Source of the DNA: an uncultured Actinomycetota bacterium
Lineage (GTDB): Bacteria; Actinomycetota; Actinomycetes; Frankiales; Frankiaceae
Assembly (NCBI GenBank): GCA_963737695.1
Contig: CAVTTQ010000008.1
Coordinates: 23,941-47,940 of the forward strand
Reading direction: 5' to 3'
DNA: 24,000 nt
The position numbers and the translations under genes were made by a program. Shown one piece after another: positions 7,818 through 15,127 of the stretch (position 1 is its first letter; each line of letters starts with the position of its first letter). The notes under the pieces are model-generated. The model was not told where the DNA came from. It made no database searches and saw only the letters and a list, made by a program, of their open reading frames with translations.

Positions 7818-8083
7818 TAATGCTCCTTGAGATTGAGAAGCGGCCCGTACCTGCCGCTTTGCCGATAATGCGCGGAGTCGATCTGAAAGTGAGAGCAAGT
7901 GTCGATGAGCCGACAATTACCTGTCACCCGCCTGTCTTCGGCGCCAGTTGTTTTGCCATTGCGCACATTTCATGTGCATCACATATAAGACGAACACCTT
8001 GTACGAACGATCGTCCGGTCTCAAAGATCCGCCGCCGGGATCGAAGATTCAGCGCCACATCCCGTCAGCTGGCTCCTGAATCC

Positions 8084-8117
8084 CCTCGCCGCGGTTATCT
8101 GTCAAATCGCGGCGAGG
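8084..8117. other. perfect 10-bp stem / 14-nt loop hairpin in a relatively AT-rich intergenic region
   Basis: CCTCGCCGCG (8084-8093) pairs with CGCGGCGAGG (8108-8117). It lies about 60 nt downstream of the stop of the 8176-8478 minus-strand gene, so it may be a U-tract-less terminator. Confidence 0.35.
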
Positions 8118-8175
8118 CGTAGGCCGCCTGCCGATGAAATCGGCATAGGTGCGGCTGGGCTACGGGCAACGGGTA

Positions 8176-8478
8176 TCAGCGGGGACCGCGTACGACGTCA
8201 TGGAGGTCAACGACAGTCGTTTCGGGCTCACCGGAATGCGTTACGGAATGACCAGAGACCTTCGCCATCGCAGGTCCCAGGCGGTCACGGCCGAACCGTT
8301 CGTAGGCCTCCAGCGACTCCCAGACGTCGACGATATGTACTCGGCCACTGTCCGCGTAGGCGACGTGGACGATCAGCCCGGCTGGCGGGTCGGCCTTCGC
8401 GTTCGCCTCCACCGTGGCGGCATCGACCATTTCCATCGTCACGGAATCCGGCAAGGTTTCGGTTAACAGGACCGCCAT
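8176..8478 (-). CDS. small ABM-like (dimeric alpha/beta-barrel) protein, function unknown
   Basis: 100-aa ORF with a strong RBS (GAGGAGG-cac-ATG). The pattern GLIVHVAYADSGRVHIVDVWESLEAYERFGRDRLGPAM resembles antibiotic-biosynthesis-monooxygenase-like small proteins. Confidence 0.6.
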   Translation of the reverse strand: MAVLLTETLPDSVTMEMVDAATVEANAKADPPAGLIVHVAYADSGRVHIVDVWESLEAYERFGRDRLGPAMAKVSGHSVTHSGEPETTVVDLHDVVRGPR

Positions 8479-8567
8479 GGTGCCTCCTCAGATGCAAGGG
8501 GCTACCAGACTGACGCTCGCTCAAGCGGACGGCAAGCGCACCTACCAGTCGACCAACCATCACTGCC

Positions 8568-8585
8568 CACCGCCGCCAGGCGGTG
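8568..8585 (-). terminator. hairpin likely to be the original terminator downstream of tRNA-Pro, now separated from it by the IS
   Basis: CACCGCC (8568-8574) and GGCGGTG (8579-8585) form a perfect 7-bp stem with a 4-nt loop. It lies 25 nt beyond the left copy of the duplicated tRNA 3' end. There is no U tract. Confidence 0.35.
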
Positions 8586-8610
8586 CCGCAAGCCTCTGAC
8601 CTGCCGTTCT

Positions 8611-8626
8611 TTTGTCGGGATGACAG
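8611..8626. repeat. left copy of the 16-bp target-site duplication TTTGTCGGGATGACAG
   Basis: Identical to 9957-9972. It contains the last 12 nt of tRNA-Pro plus 4 downstream nt. Confidence 0.85.
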
Positions 8627-8639
8627 TGTTCTGGTTCAG

Positions 8640-8703
8640 GACATCGGAATGGGGTGTCTCACGACATCGGAATAGCGTGTCGCAGGTCTTCGGAATGGCT
8701 GCC
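8640..8703 (+). repeat. subterminal direct repeats inside the left IS end (about 23-nt period, CGGAAT core)
   Basis: GACATCGGAATGGGGTGTC (8640-8658), GACATCGGAATAGCGTGTC (8663-8681) and a degenerate third copy GGTCTTCGGAATGGCTGCC (8685-8703). The right end carries TTGGAAT once. These are plausible transposase-binding sites. Confidence 0.5.
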
Positions 8704-8720
8704 GGTCGGCAGGCTGGCGG

Positions 8721-9903
8721 ATGTCGAAGCGTCGCCTGGTCATCACTGCCGTACTGGCCGGCCAGTCCCAATCCGAGGTGGCCCGTACCTACGGCGTCTC
8801 GCAGGGCTGGATCAGCAAGCTCATGGCCCGTCATCGGGCCGAGGGTGAGGCCGCGTTCGAGCCGCGCTCACGTGCTCCTGCGTCCAGCCCGGCAGCGACC
8901 CCGGCTCAGACCGTCGACCTGGTGCTGCGGCTGCGTAAGCAGCTGCGTGAGTCCGGTCTGGATGCCGGCGCCGACACCATCGGCTGGCACCTGGCCCACC
9001 ACCACGCCACCGTCCTGTCGCGGGCCACGATCAACCGGATCCTCGTCCGGGCCGGTGCCGTCACACCCGCCCCGTCAAAACGTCCCAAGTCCTCCTACAT
9101 CCGGTTCGAAGCCGACCAGCCCAACGAGACCTGGCAGTCCGACTTCACCCACTACCCGCTCACAGGCGGCACCGACTGCGAGATCCTGAGCTGGCTGGAC
9201 GACTGCTCCCGTTACGCGCTTTCGGTCACCGCCCACGCCCGGGTCACCGGCCCGGTCGTACTCGCCACCTTCCGCAAAACCATTGCCACCTATGGCGTTC
9301 CAGCCTCCACGCTGACCGACAACGGGATGGTGTTCACCACCCGCTTCGCCGGCGGCCGCGGCGGCCGCAACCACCTCGAACACGAACTACACAAGCTCAA
9401 CATCACCCAGAAAAACGGCCACCCCAACCATCCACAAACCCAAGGCAAGGTCGAACGGTTCCAGCAGACGCTGAAAAAATGGCTGCGCGCCCAACCCGAA
9501 CAGCCCACCACCATCACCCAGCTGCAAACCCTCCTCGACCGGTTCGCCGGCGACTACAACCAGCGCCGCCCCCACCGATCCCTGCCGCACCACGCACCCG
9601 GCCACCATCTACCAGTCACTGCCCAAAGCCACCCCCAGCAGCAACCGCAGCGCCGACACCCACGACCGCACCCGCCGCGACAAGATCGACAAAGCCGGCA
9701 GCGTCACCCTCCGGGTCGCCGGCCAACTCCGCCACATCGGCGTCGGCCGAACCTACGCCCGAACCGACGTCATCCTGCTCGTCCAAGACCTCCACGTCAC
9801 CGTCATCAACGCCGCCACCGGCGAGATCCTGCGCGACCTCACCATCGACCCACGACGCGACTACCAACCCACCGGCCGACCACCCGGACCCACCAAAAAA
9901 TAG
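8721..9903 (+). pseudogene. IS481-family transposase, interrupted by one +1 frame change near 9597
   Basis: The N-terminal HTH (LAGQSQSEVARTYGVSQGWISKLMARH) and the integrase core (WQSDFTHY...DNGMVFT...HPQTQGKVERFQQTLKKWL...YNQRRPHRSL) lie in the frame of 8721. The canonical C-terminus, TIYQSLPKATPSSNRSADTHDRTRRDKIDKAGSVTLRVAGQLRHIGVGRTYARTDVILLVQDLHVTVINAATGEILRDLTIDPRRDYQPTGRPPGPTKK-stop (TAG 9901-9903), lies in the next frame. Deleting one C from CCC 9597-9599 restores ...PHHAPATIYQ.... The 424-aa track ORF (to 9995) is the out-of-frame Pro/Arg-rich read-through. Confidence 0.85.
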
Positions 9904-9931
9904 GCCGAACCTGCAGATCGCAGGTCCGGCC
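9903..9931 (+). terminator. stem-loop overlapping the transposase stop codon, inside the right IS end
   Basis: GGCCGAACCTGC (9903-9914) pairs with GCAGGTCCGGCC (9920-9931): 12 bp with one mismatch and a 5-nt loop. There is no U tract. Confidence 0.3.
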
Positions 9932-9956
9932 TATTCCAATGTCCCGAGACATCACA

Positions 9957-9972
9957 TTTGTCGGGATGACAG
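9957..9972. repeat. right copy of the 16-bp target-site duplication TTTGTCGGGATGACAG (overlaps the tRNA 3' end)
   Basis: Identical to 8611-8626 and contiguous with the tRNA body. Confidence 0.85.
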
Positions 9973-10034
9973 GATTTGAACCTGCGACCCCCTGACCCCC
10001 AGTCAGGTGCGCTACCAAGCTGCGCCACATCCCG
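9961..10034 (-). tRNA. tRNA-Pro (anticodon GGG), 74 nt, no encoded CCA
   Basis: The reverse complement is CGGGATG TG GCGC AGCTTGGTA GCGC A CCTGA CTGGGGG TCAGG GGGTC GCAGG TTCAAAT CCTGT CATCCCG A. It has a perfect 7-bp acceptor stem, a 4-bp D stem, a 5-bp anticodon stem with loop C-U-GGG-G-G, and a T arm with TTCAAAT. Confidence 0.92.
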
Positions 10035-10093
10035 CTCGGGTGAGATTAGCAGTCGTGGGGCTGCCCCCGAGTTGTCGCGCGGCCCCATGACTG

Positions 10094-12145
10094 TTAGCCG
10101 GCACGACCTCCGGTAGCTCCGGTCCGGGCAAATCCGCCGCCCCCGGTCCGTCCGGTGCCGCCGGTGAGTCCGCCGCCCAGCCCGCCTCCGAGACCGCCGC
10201 CGCGGCCGGTCAGAGAGGTCGACCCGCTGGTCGGTAGTGGGGTGCTGAGGTTCGCCAGCGCTACGTGATCGCCGGCTTTGAGCCCCGACGTGACTTGCGT
10301 GAGCGTGGCGTCGGAAGCTCCTACGACGACGATCTTCCGCTGGGCTTTGCCTCCGGACAGCACGGTGACGGTGTGCAGGGCTCCGAAGGTCGTGACGGCT
10401 GACGTCGGCACCGTCACGACTCCCGAGACGCTCTTGACGAGGATTGAGACGTTGGCGCCCGATCCCGAGTAGAGACCGCTGCTATCGAGGCTGATCGTGA
10501 CGGGGTAGGTGGCGGAGTTGGTTGCCGAACTCGCGGTCGACGAGCTGCTCGAGCTTGCGGTCGACGCAGCGCTGGAGGAGGCACCGGAGCGTCCCGACCC
10601 AGTGGTGCCCGTCGACCCGGTGGTCGTGGTCGATACGGGCAGGAGCCCGATTGCGGTGACCGTCCCGTGAAGGGGTTTTGTGGTGCCGTCAGGGGTGACG
10701 ATCGCGGTGGCTCCGACGTGGACCTTCTCCAGATCCAGATCTCCCACAGTGGTCGTCACCTCATCGACGCCGGGACCGATCACAGTTACCGCGGTCGACT
10801 GGGCACTTGCCGAAGACCCCGGCGTGATGCTGACCTGAGCAACGGTGCCTGCCAGCGGGCTGACGAGCGTTGTCTGGTTGACCGACTCTGCGGCGACGAA
10901 CACCGCTGCGGTGTCGGCGTCGACCGTTGCCTGATCAAGAGCGAGCATGTCGGCAGTAACCAGCGTCCCGCCGCCGGATCCTCCACCCGAGCCGCTGCTG
11001 GTACGAGAAGATCCGCTGGAACTAAAGGACGATGAGCCGCTGGAACCGGTTGTTGAGGCTCCGCCGCGTGAATGGTCGCTGGATCCACCGGTGCTGGGGC
11101 TCGCGGAGGGTGTGGGGGTCGGCGTGGGAGTAGGCGTGGAGGACGATGACTCTGCTGCCGCAGTAAGTTGCGCAACAGCGTTCGTCAGCGTGGTCTCGTC
11201 GGCGCTCACCGCCTTCTGAGCGGTGGATACGGACTGTTGATCGGCCAGGATCTTGGTCAGCAACGCCGTGCATGCGCTGGGATCGGGGGCGGGCGTTCCG
11301 CCTCCAGCGCCAGGTGTCGCAGGTGTGGCGGTCGCTCCCGCCGCAGGCGTGGTCGGCGTGGCCGCCGGCTTGAAATTCTGGAGTGAGGAAATAAGCGAAC
11401 CGCACGTGCTGGTGCCGCTGTTCAGGTCGGCAGTCACGGTGGCGAGCAGGTTGTCGACCGTTTGCTGATCGGTGAGCAGCTTTGCCTGCGCGGCCGTGAC
11501 GGCAGCCTTCGCCGCGGCGATGGCGCCGGAATCACCGGACCCGCCTGCCGCGCCGCCGCCGCCCCCGGAGCGGCCTCCGGTGAGCGGCACCGCCGCCCCG
11601 ACGTCGGCCGGCCCGAGGGAGCTGGACGACGAACCACTACCACTGGAATTGCTGGAAACGGTGGTGCCGTCGGCCTGCGCCTGGGTGTCAGAAGCCAGCT
11701 TCGCCTGCGCAGTAGCAAGCGTCGATTGCGCGGAATCCAGCTGGGACTGCAGGCTGGTCTTGTCGATGGTGGCAAGGGTCTGACCGACCTTGACCTTTTC
11801 GCCGACCGTCACCGGCACCGTCGCGACCGTCCCGCTCACCGGGAAGGCCACCGCCGCCTGATTGATCGGCTGGACCGTGCCGTAGGAGTTGAGCGTTTGG
11901 TCGACGTCACCCATCTTGACCGTCGCCGAACGGTAGCTCGCCGCGCTCGAGCCGCTGGCCGCCCAGATCCCGCCGGCGGCAACCAGGATGAGGACTGCGA
12001 CCACGACGATCACGGTCAGTCTTCGCGGTCGCCGGCCGAGTCGTTTCGGCTTCCCGGCCACCGGTTCAGCAGCCGCGGATGCCGCCGGCTCGGGCTCCTC
12101 GGAGGGCTCTCGGAGCAGGAAGGTCAGCTCCGTCTGGTCTGTCAT
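10094..12145 (-). CDS. HlyD/MFP-type periplasmic adaptor subunit no. 2, with giant low-complexity insertions and a Gly-rich C-terminal tail
   Basis: 683 aa, with an N-terminal TM (LTVIVVVAVLILVAAGGIWAA). Lipoyl-like motifs are VAFPVSGTVATVPVTVGEKVKVGQTLATID and LVSPLAGTVAQVSI, and there are coiled-coil segments. The start ATG overlaps the upstream stop (ATGA at 12142-12145). Confidence 0.85.
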   Translation of the reverse strand: MTDQTELTFLLREPSEEPEPAASAAAEPVAGKPKRLGRRPRRLTVIVVVAVLILVAAGGIWAASGSSAASYRSATVKMGDVDQTLNSYGTVQPINQAAVAFPVSGTVATVPVTVGEKVKVGQTLATIDKTSLQSQLDSAQSTLATAQAKLASDTQAQADGTTVSSNSSGSGSSSSSLGPADVGAAVPLTGGRSGGGGGAAGGSGDSGAIAAAKAAVTAAQAKLLTDQQTVDNLLATVTADLNSGTSTCGSLISSLQNFKPAATPTTPAAGATATPATPGAGGGTPAPDPSACTALLTKILADQQSVSTAQKAVSADETTLTNAVAQLTAAAESSSSTPTPTPTPTPSASPSTGGSSDHSRGGASTTGSSGSSSFSSSGSSRTSSGSGGGSGGGTLVTADMLALDQATVDADTAAVFVAAESVNQTTLVSPLAGTVAQVSITPGSSASAQSTAVTVIGPGVDEVTTTVGDLDLEKVHVGATAIVTPDGTTKPLHGTVTAIGLLPVSTTTTGSTGTTGSGRSGASSSAASTASSSSSSTASSATNSATYPVTISLDSSGLYSGSGANVSILVKSVSGVVTVPTSAVTTFGALHTVTVLSGGKAQRKIVVVGASDATLTQVTSGLKAGDHVALANLSTPLPTSGSTSLTGRGGGLGGGLGGGLTGGTGRTGGGGFARTGATGGRAG

Positions 12146-13140
12146 CCGGCGCCGCCCGAAGCACCCGCGCCCTGACGGAATCTGCCGAAGCCCCCGCCGA
12201 AGCCGAGTTGCGTGCAGCCACTCGAGGTCGGTGTGCTCAACGCGATCGTGCGAGCCGTGACCGCCCCGGTGTCATCTGTGGTTCCGATGGCCGTCGCGCA
12301 GAGGCCGACCTTCAGGTCAGCCTTGGTCGCGGTGGCTTCCTCGCGGAATGTGGTGCTGGGCGTCGTGGTGACGGTGACCGTCGAGGTCTTACCGGCTCGA
12401 GTGCTCTTCACCTCGAACGTTCCGCTGCCAACCGAGGCCACCGTGCCGAATGCCGCACGTCCAAAGCCCGCGCCGCCGCGTCCGGCGCCGAAGCTCGGCG
12501 ATCCACTCGGGCGGACCCGCCCGGACGGACGGCCGGAGGGGAACGCGCCGCCCGGCCCGCGTCCGGTGGTGGCGACAGTGCACGTACCAGAGGTCTTCGT
12601 GATGATCACCGAAGTTGCGGTGAGGGCGGTGACCGGCGACGGGGAGGCGGATGGCGTGGTGCTCGGAGTGGTGGACGCTGCCGCGGTGGCAGTGACGCAG
12701 TCGCCCGGCTTCAGCGCTGCCGCAGTCGTGGTCAGTGTCTGGCTGAACGTCGTCGTGCCGGTGTAGTTGACGGTGGTTTGGCTGGAGGTCCCTTGCACGA
12801 AGATGTTGCTGGGATTGACCTGCGAGATCTTTCCGGTCGTGCCCGGCCTGGCCCCGCCACCGGCGGCGCCTCCTGCCGAGCCACCCGCTGAGCCACCGGC
12901 GCTGGCGCCGCCGTTCTGCGGTGTCGCAGCGGAGGATTTCGTCGAAGAGCTGCTGCTGCCGCAGGCGGCAGCCAGCACGACGACACCAAGGGCGACGGCG
13001 GGCACTTGCAGCCAGCGGCGGCGGGCATGCAAGTCGACTGACCGGGACGTCGGGATGTTCACCGTCGAACTCGCTTTCGTGACATGAGCAGATGAATCGC
13101 ACACGGATGTGGGCGGACGAAACACGGCGGGCAACCTCAT
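12142..13140 (-). CDS. lipoprotein with two DUF5666-like beta domains and a Gly-rich tail
   Basis: The lipobox is VVLAAACGSSSS. The repeated module is GKISQVNPSNIFVQG...TTFSQT...LKPGDCVTATA and GTVASVGSGTFEVKS...TTFREE...LKVGLCATAIG. Start is uncertain. ATG 13140 overlaps the permease stop (ATGA), but the first ~35 codons show weak coding periodicity. GTG 13062 or TTG 13032 would give a normal-length signal peptide. Confidence 0.75.
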   Translation of the reverse strand: MRLPAVFRPPTSVCDSSAHVTKASSTVNIPTSRSVDLHARRRWLQVPAVALGVVVLAAACGSSSSSTKSSAATPQNGGASAGGSAGGSAGGAAGGGARPGTTGKISQVNPSNIFVQGTSSQTTVNYTGTTTFSQTLTTTAAALKPGDCVTATAAASTTPSTTPSASPSPVTALTATSVIITKTSGTCTVATTGRGPGGAFPSGRPSGRVRPSGSPSFGAGRGGAGFGRAAFGTVASVGSGTFEVKSTRAGKTSTVTVTTTPSTTFREEATATKADLKVGLCATAIGTTDDTGAVTARTIALSTPTSSGCTQLGFGGGFGRFRQGAGASGGAG

Positions 13141-14369
13141 TCGGAGCGCAGGGCGTCGATGGGGGCGAGCCGGGCCGCGCGGCTTGCGGGATATACGCCG
13201 AAGATGACGCCGATAGCGACGGCGACGGCGATGGCGCCGACCGCGGCCAATCCGGAAATCGTGATCGGCTGGTTGACAACGGAGGGCAGTACGGCGGCGC
13301 CGATAACGCCGAGCACGACACCAAGTAGGCCACCGGCAAGTCCTAGTACCGATGACTCCACCAGGAACTGACGACGGATCACGCGCGGAGGAGCGCCGAG
13401 AGCCTTGCGCAGGCCGATCTCCTTGATGCGCTCGGTCACCGAGACCAACATGATGTTCATGACGCCGATCCCGCCCACCAGCAGCGAGATCCCGGCGATT
13501 CCGCCGAGCAGGATGGTCAGCGTCTTGTCGACCGAAGTAGCGGTCGTGAGGATCGACTGCTGGCTGGAGATGGAGAAGTCGGCGGCCGTCGCGGTCGTGA
13601 TGGCGTGCGTCGCGAGCAGCTCGGAGTTCGCCTCCTGGTAGGCCGCGGAGAGGGTGTGACGGGAGGCCGCTTCGATGTAGATCGTCGAAACCGACGAGCG
13701 TGAGGTGCCGCCGATGAGCCGGGTCTGCGCCGTCGTGATCGGAACGATCGCGGTGTCGTCCTCATCGGTCGCACTCGAGGAGCCCACGGTGGTCAGCTCA
13801 CCGATGACCTGCATCGGGATGTTGTTGATGGTGACCGTTTGACCGACCGGGTTTGCGCGGCCGAAGAGTTCGGTGGCCGTCTCCGAGCCGAGCACGACCA
13901 CGGAGGCAAGGCTGTCGACATCGTGGCTGTTGATGAACCGGCCCGACGACAGTTGCCGGGCGCGGACCGAGAGCCAATCCGGCTGCGTGCCGACGACGGA
14001 GGTCGTCCAGTTCGAGGTTCCGGCAGTCAGTGACTGAGACGTGGAGACGGTGGGAGCGACCGCCTTGATGTCCGGGGCGACAGTCTTGTTCGACAACGCG
14101 TCCGCATCGCGAACGGTCAGCGTCGAGGCCGATCCGAAGCCGCCCCGAACTCCTGTGCTGCTGGTGGAGCTGCCCGGAGAGACGATGAGCAGGTTGCTGC
14201 CCAGGGCTGCGATCTCACCGCGCACCTTGTTCTGCGCACCTTCGCCGAGCCCCACCGTCAGGATCACGGCGGCGATCCCGATCAGGATCCCGAGCATCGT
14301 CAGGCCGGACCGCAGCCGGTGCGTGCGCACTGCCTCCAGGCCCGTTCGAAGGGTCTCCCACCAGCTCAC
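13137..14369 (-). CDS. ABC transporter permease, MacB/FtsX type (periplasmic MacB_PCD domain plus C-terminal FtsX 3-TM bundle)
   Basis: 410 aa. N-terminal TM is LRSGLTMLGILIGIAAVILTV, followed by a large extracytoplasmic domain and a C-terminal ERIKEIGLRKALGA motif with three TM helices. The GTG start overlaps the ATPase stop (GTGA). Confidence 0.9.
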   Translation of the reverse strand: MSWWETLRTGLEAVRTHRLRSGLTMLGILIGIAAVILTVGLGEGAQNKVRGEIAALGSNLLIVSPGSSTSSTGVRGGFGSASTLTVRDADALSNKTVAPDIKAVAPTVSTSQSLTAGTSNWTTSVVGTQPDWLSVRARQLSSGRFINSHDVDSLASVVVLGSETATELFGRANPVGQTVTINNIPMQVIGELTTVGSSSATDEDDTAIVPITTAQTRLIGGTSRSSVSTIYIEAASRHTLSAAYQEANSELLATHAITTATAADFSISSQQSILTTATSVDKTLTILLGGIAGISLLVGGIGVMNIMLVSVTERIKEIGLRKALGAPPRVIRRQFLVESSVLGLAGGLLGVVLGVIGAAVLPSVVNQPITISGLAAVGAIAVAVAIGVIFGVYPASRAARLAPIDALRSE

Positions 14370-15127
14370 TGAGCGGCTCCGAGGGCGCCTGGCGCATCCG
14401 CAGAGTTGTTGGCGTCCGGAACCAAGCCACCGTCATGGATTCGCGCGATCCGCCCAGCGCGGCGGGCGACGTCGCCCTCGTGCGTGATCAGGACGATGGT
14501 GCGTCCCGCTTCGTGCAACTCGTCGAGCAACCCGAGCACGTCGTCCGTCGAAACCGAGTCCAGGTTGCCGGTGGGCTCGTCGGCGAGAATCAACGCGGGG
14601 TCGGTCACCAAGGCCCTGGCGACAGCGACTCGCTGCTGCTGGCCGCCGGACAGCTCCGCCGGACGGTGTTCGACGCGGTCCGAGAGCCCGACGCGTTCCA
14701 GCGCCGCCATGGCCCGCGCCTTACGCTCGGGGCGGGAGACTCCGGCGTAGCAAAGCGGCAGTTCGACATTGCGCCACGCGTTAAGCGAAGGCAGCAAGTT
14801 GAACTGCTGGAAGACAAAGCCGATTCGCCGGTTACGGATGTCGGCCAACTCGTCTTCGGACAGCCGGCTCACGTCCTCGCCCGCCAGCAGGTACCGGCCC
14901 TCAGTCGGTACATCGAGACAACCCAAGATGTGCATCAGGGTTGATTTGCCGGAGCCGGACGGACCCATGACCGCCACGTAGTCACCGGTGGAGATCGAAA
15001 GGTCAATTCCTCGCAAGGCTTCGACCGACAGCGTGCCGTTGGTATAGGTCTTGCGAACACCCTCGAGAGCGATGACAGGCAACGGGCCCTCGTGAGTCTG
15101 CGGTGTCTCCGGCGAAAGCGTGGTCAT
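14366..15127 (-). CDS. ABC transporter ATP-binding protein (MacB/LolD-like)
   Basis: Walker [11 protein letters not shown]-loop, signature [15 protein letters not shown], Walker [12 protein letters not shown], and H-loop ITHE. The ATG overlaps the adaptor 1 stop (ATGA). Confidence 0.95.
   Translation of the reverse strand: MTTLSPETPQTHEGPLPVIALEGVRKTYTNGTLSVEALRGIDLSISTGDYVAVMGPSGSGKSTLMHILGCLDVPTEGRYLLAGEDVSRLSEDELADIRNRRIGFVFQQFNLLPSLNAWRNVELPLCYAGVSRPERKARAMAALERVGLSDRVEHRPAELSGGQQQRVAVARALVTDPALILADEPTGNLDSVSTDDVLGLLDELHEAGRTIVLITHEGDVARRAGRIARIHDGGLVPDANNSADAPGALGAAQ

Larger units (their letters stand above)
8627..9956 (+). mobile_element. IS481-family insertion sequence (1330 bp)
   Basis: The terminal inverted repeats start with TGT. 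The left end is TGTTCTGGTTCAGGACATCGGAATGGGG (from 8627). The reverse complement of the right end is TGTGATGTCTCGGGACATTGGAATAGGCC (ending 9956). The element has a single DDE/integrase-core transposase gene and is flanked by a perfect 16-bp direct repeat. Confidence 0.85.

Noticed and set aside
8721-9995. 424-aa transposase ORF extending through the IS end and into the tRNA.
   Set aside because: Its last ~130 residues are a Pro/Arg/His-rich out-of-frame read-through caused by the frameshift near 9597. The true C-terminus is in the next frame and stops at 9903.
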